The notes beneath the pieces are model-generated. The model did not search any database, was not told the origin of the DNA, and saw only the letters and a program-made list of their open reading frames with translations. 37,059 bases of DNA, taken from Paraglomus brasilianum. Lineage: Eukaryota. This document shows, one piece after another, positions 35,599 to 37,059 of the stretch. The DNA lies in the NCBI GenBank assembly GCA_910592345.1, contig CAJVPI010000276.1, forward strand, positions 1 through 37,059, read 5' to 3'. How positions within the stretch are numbered: position 1 is the stretch's first letter; each line of letters opens with the position of its first letter. The position numbers and the translations under genes were made by a program.

Positions 35599-36240
35599 TG
35601 CTTTTACGACTGAATCTAAAATTACAAGTGACCTAATTTTAATTATTTATCAAGTGCGTACTTCTTCGCTCCCTATACGATGTACTTCCAGTCCTCATAT
35701 CCAAACAAGAGTACCTATGATACTGTATAATAATAACAGCAATTATTATTCGACAGATCGAAGGGGAGGAATTAAATATTCTAATTTAAAATAGGGCGAT
35801 CTTCGATTGATATGCGATAGTCGGAATAAACGTCATTTGCCTATTCCAAACCAATTAAACAACAATCGTTTACAATATTAATATAATTACAGACTTTCAT
35901 TCTGCTATTCGCGTATTAATCAACGCATATTTTACAACTTAAAATAAGCCGTTATAGGTATATCCGGTTAATTAAACATTTCAATGATGAAAGAAAGAAA
36001 GTAATTCGATTCAAAGATCGTTATTTAATATTTAAGGATCTGTCCAATATTTCAATATCAAATAATTAAGCATGTGTATTTTAATGATGGGATTCGAGCT
36101 CCTCATATTTTTTTACCGTGACGAAAAATTCATCACGGAAATTAATCAAATAATCGTATGATTCTTCAAGAACGAATATTCCAAGTTAATTATACGTTCT
36201 CCCGTGTGCAAAGGGTTTTCGTTCGATGCGGAAGAATATT
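35599..36240. repeat. Diverged direct repeat, copy 2 (homologous to ~28061-28770)
   Basis: Same colinear blocks as copy 1, with the exact 16-mer CTCCCTATACGATGTA at 35669-35684. Confidence 0.75.
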
Positions 36241-36610
36241 TTATCACATGACTCATCCGATCGCTTGTCGTAACAATGTAAATTTACTATAGATAAGTTT
36301 GATCAATTGGTAAGCCATATCAAAATCTATTGTCTATATGTATTATGCAAGTCACCGTAATTTTTTTGCAGCGTTTGAAGCTAAGCGGGTTGCACTTTTT
36401 GAAAAAACAATATAAATAGTGAATACCTTCAGATAACCTCTTGTCAGCAACCTGTTAACCATGCACAATCACACATCACTCTCCCATTCTAACGGCTCTT
36501 TCCCGCCGCCTAAGATTCTCTCTCTCCGTTCCATCATTAACATTTACATCATTGTCTTCTAGTCCCATTATGATTCTCCATTATCTGTATTGGCTTCAAC
36601 ATGTATTAAC

Positions 36611-36922
36611 ATGACACAAATTAACAATATGCCTCGCAGACCACGACTAGTCAATAAGGTACGTCGTTCATGGTGTGCCGAGAGAAGCTAAATGTTGTAG
36701 TTTTATGTAAGATCATCCGTTTGTACTATTAATAAGGTATTTTATCAATAATGTTCAAATATAGTACCCGGGGCAGGGGGTATTTTTACAAGTAACCACG
36801 CGGAAAACTCTGTATATCCGAATGACTCTTTTTCCTCTTAACCATTCACAACACACTCTTTAAATTGTCACCAATAAAACATGCATGTTTGCCTTCTTTT
36901 TTTATTGATACAGAATTATTAA
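36611..36922 (+). CDS. Candidate 27-aa spliced micropeptide (or spliced 5' region of a gene extending past the window)
   Basis: TATAAATA at 36411, a CT-rich leader, then exons 36611-36658, 36765-36791 and 36914-36922 with gtacgt..atag and gtaacc..acag introns, giving MTQINNMPRRPRLVNK|YPGQGVFLQ|NY*. Confidence 0.35.
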
Positions 36923-37059
36923 TGATCGAAAAAGATTTAATTTTGCTTCAAGTTGAAGACAAAAATGTTCACCAAGTGTTACGATCTGATGAATCAGATA
37001 AGTTAGTCACATGATAAAATCTTCCTCCGCAGTTAAACAAACCCATGATCGGCACTAAT

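Overview
AT-rich, intron-dense eukaryotic DNA with short GT-AG introns of mostly ~70-140 nt. The gene content indicates an early-diverging fungus, probably Mucoromycota/Glomeromycotina (inference). The left ~26 kb is a compact block of spliced genes: seryl-tRNA synthetase (SES1), FIS1, a small Stf2/Tma10-like gene absent from the ORF track and head-to-head with CDC37, a Gfo/Idh/MocA oxidoreductase, a Cys-type MsrB, an 8-Cys secreted/GPI-type protein, a 13-TPR protein, RRP12 and a LITAF-domain gene. The right ~11 kb looks accessory and rearranged: a Tc1/mariner remnant, a 5'-truncated GCC185-like GRIP golgin copy with four frameshifts plus a second decayed fragment of it, a diverged ~0.7 kb duplicated non-coding segment, an intronless orphan multi-pass membrane protein with an internal repeat, and a candidate three-exon micropeptide gene. 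A complete 147-bp TA-flanked MITE and other MITE ends are present. I found no rRNA, tRNA, CRISPR or clearly new multi-gene system. Exon boundaries were read by eye and need RNA-seq confirmation.
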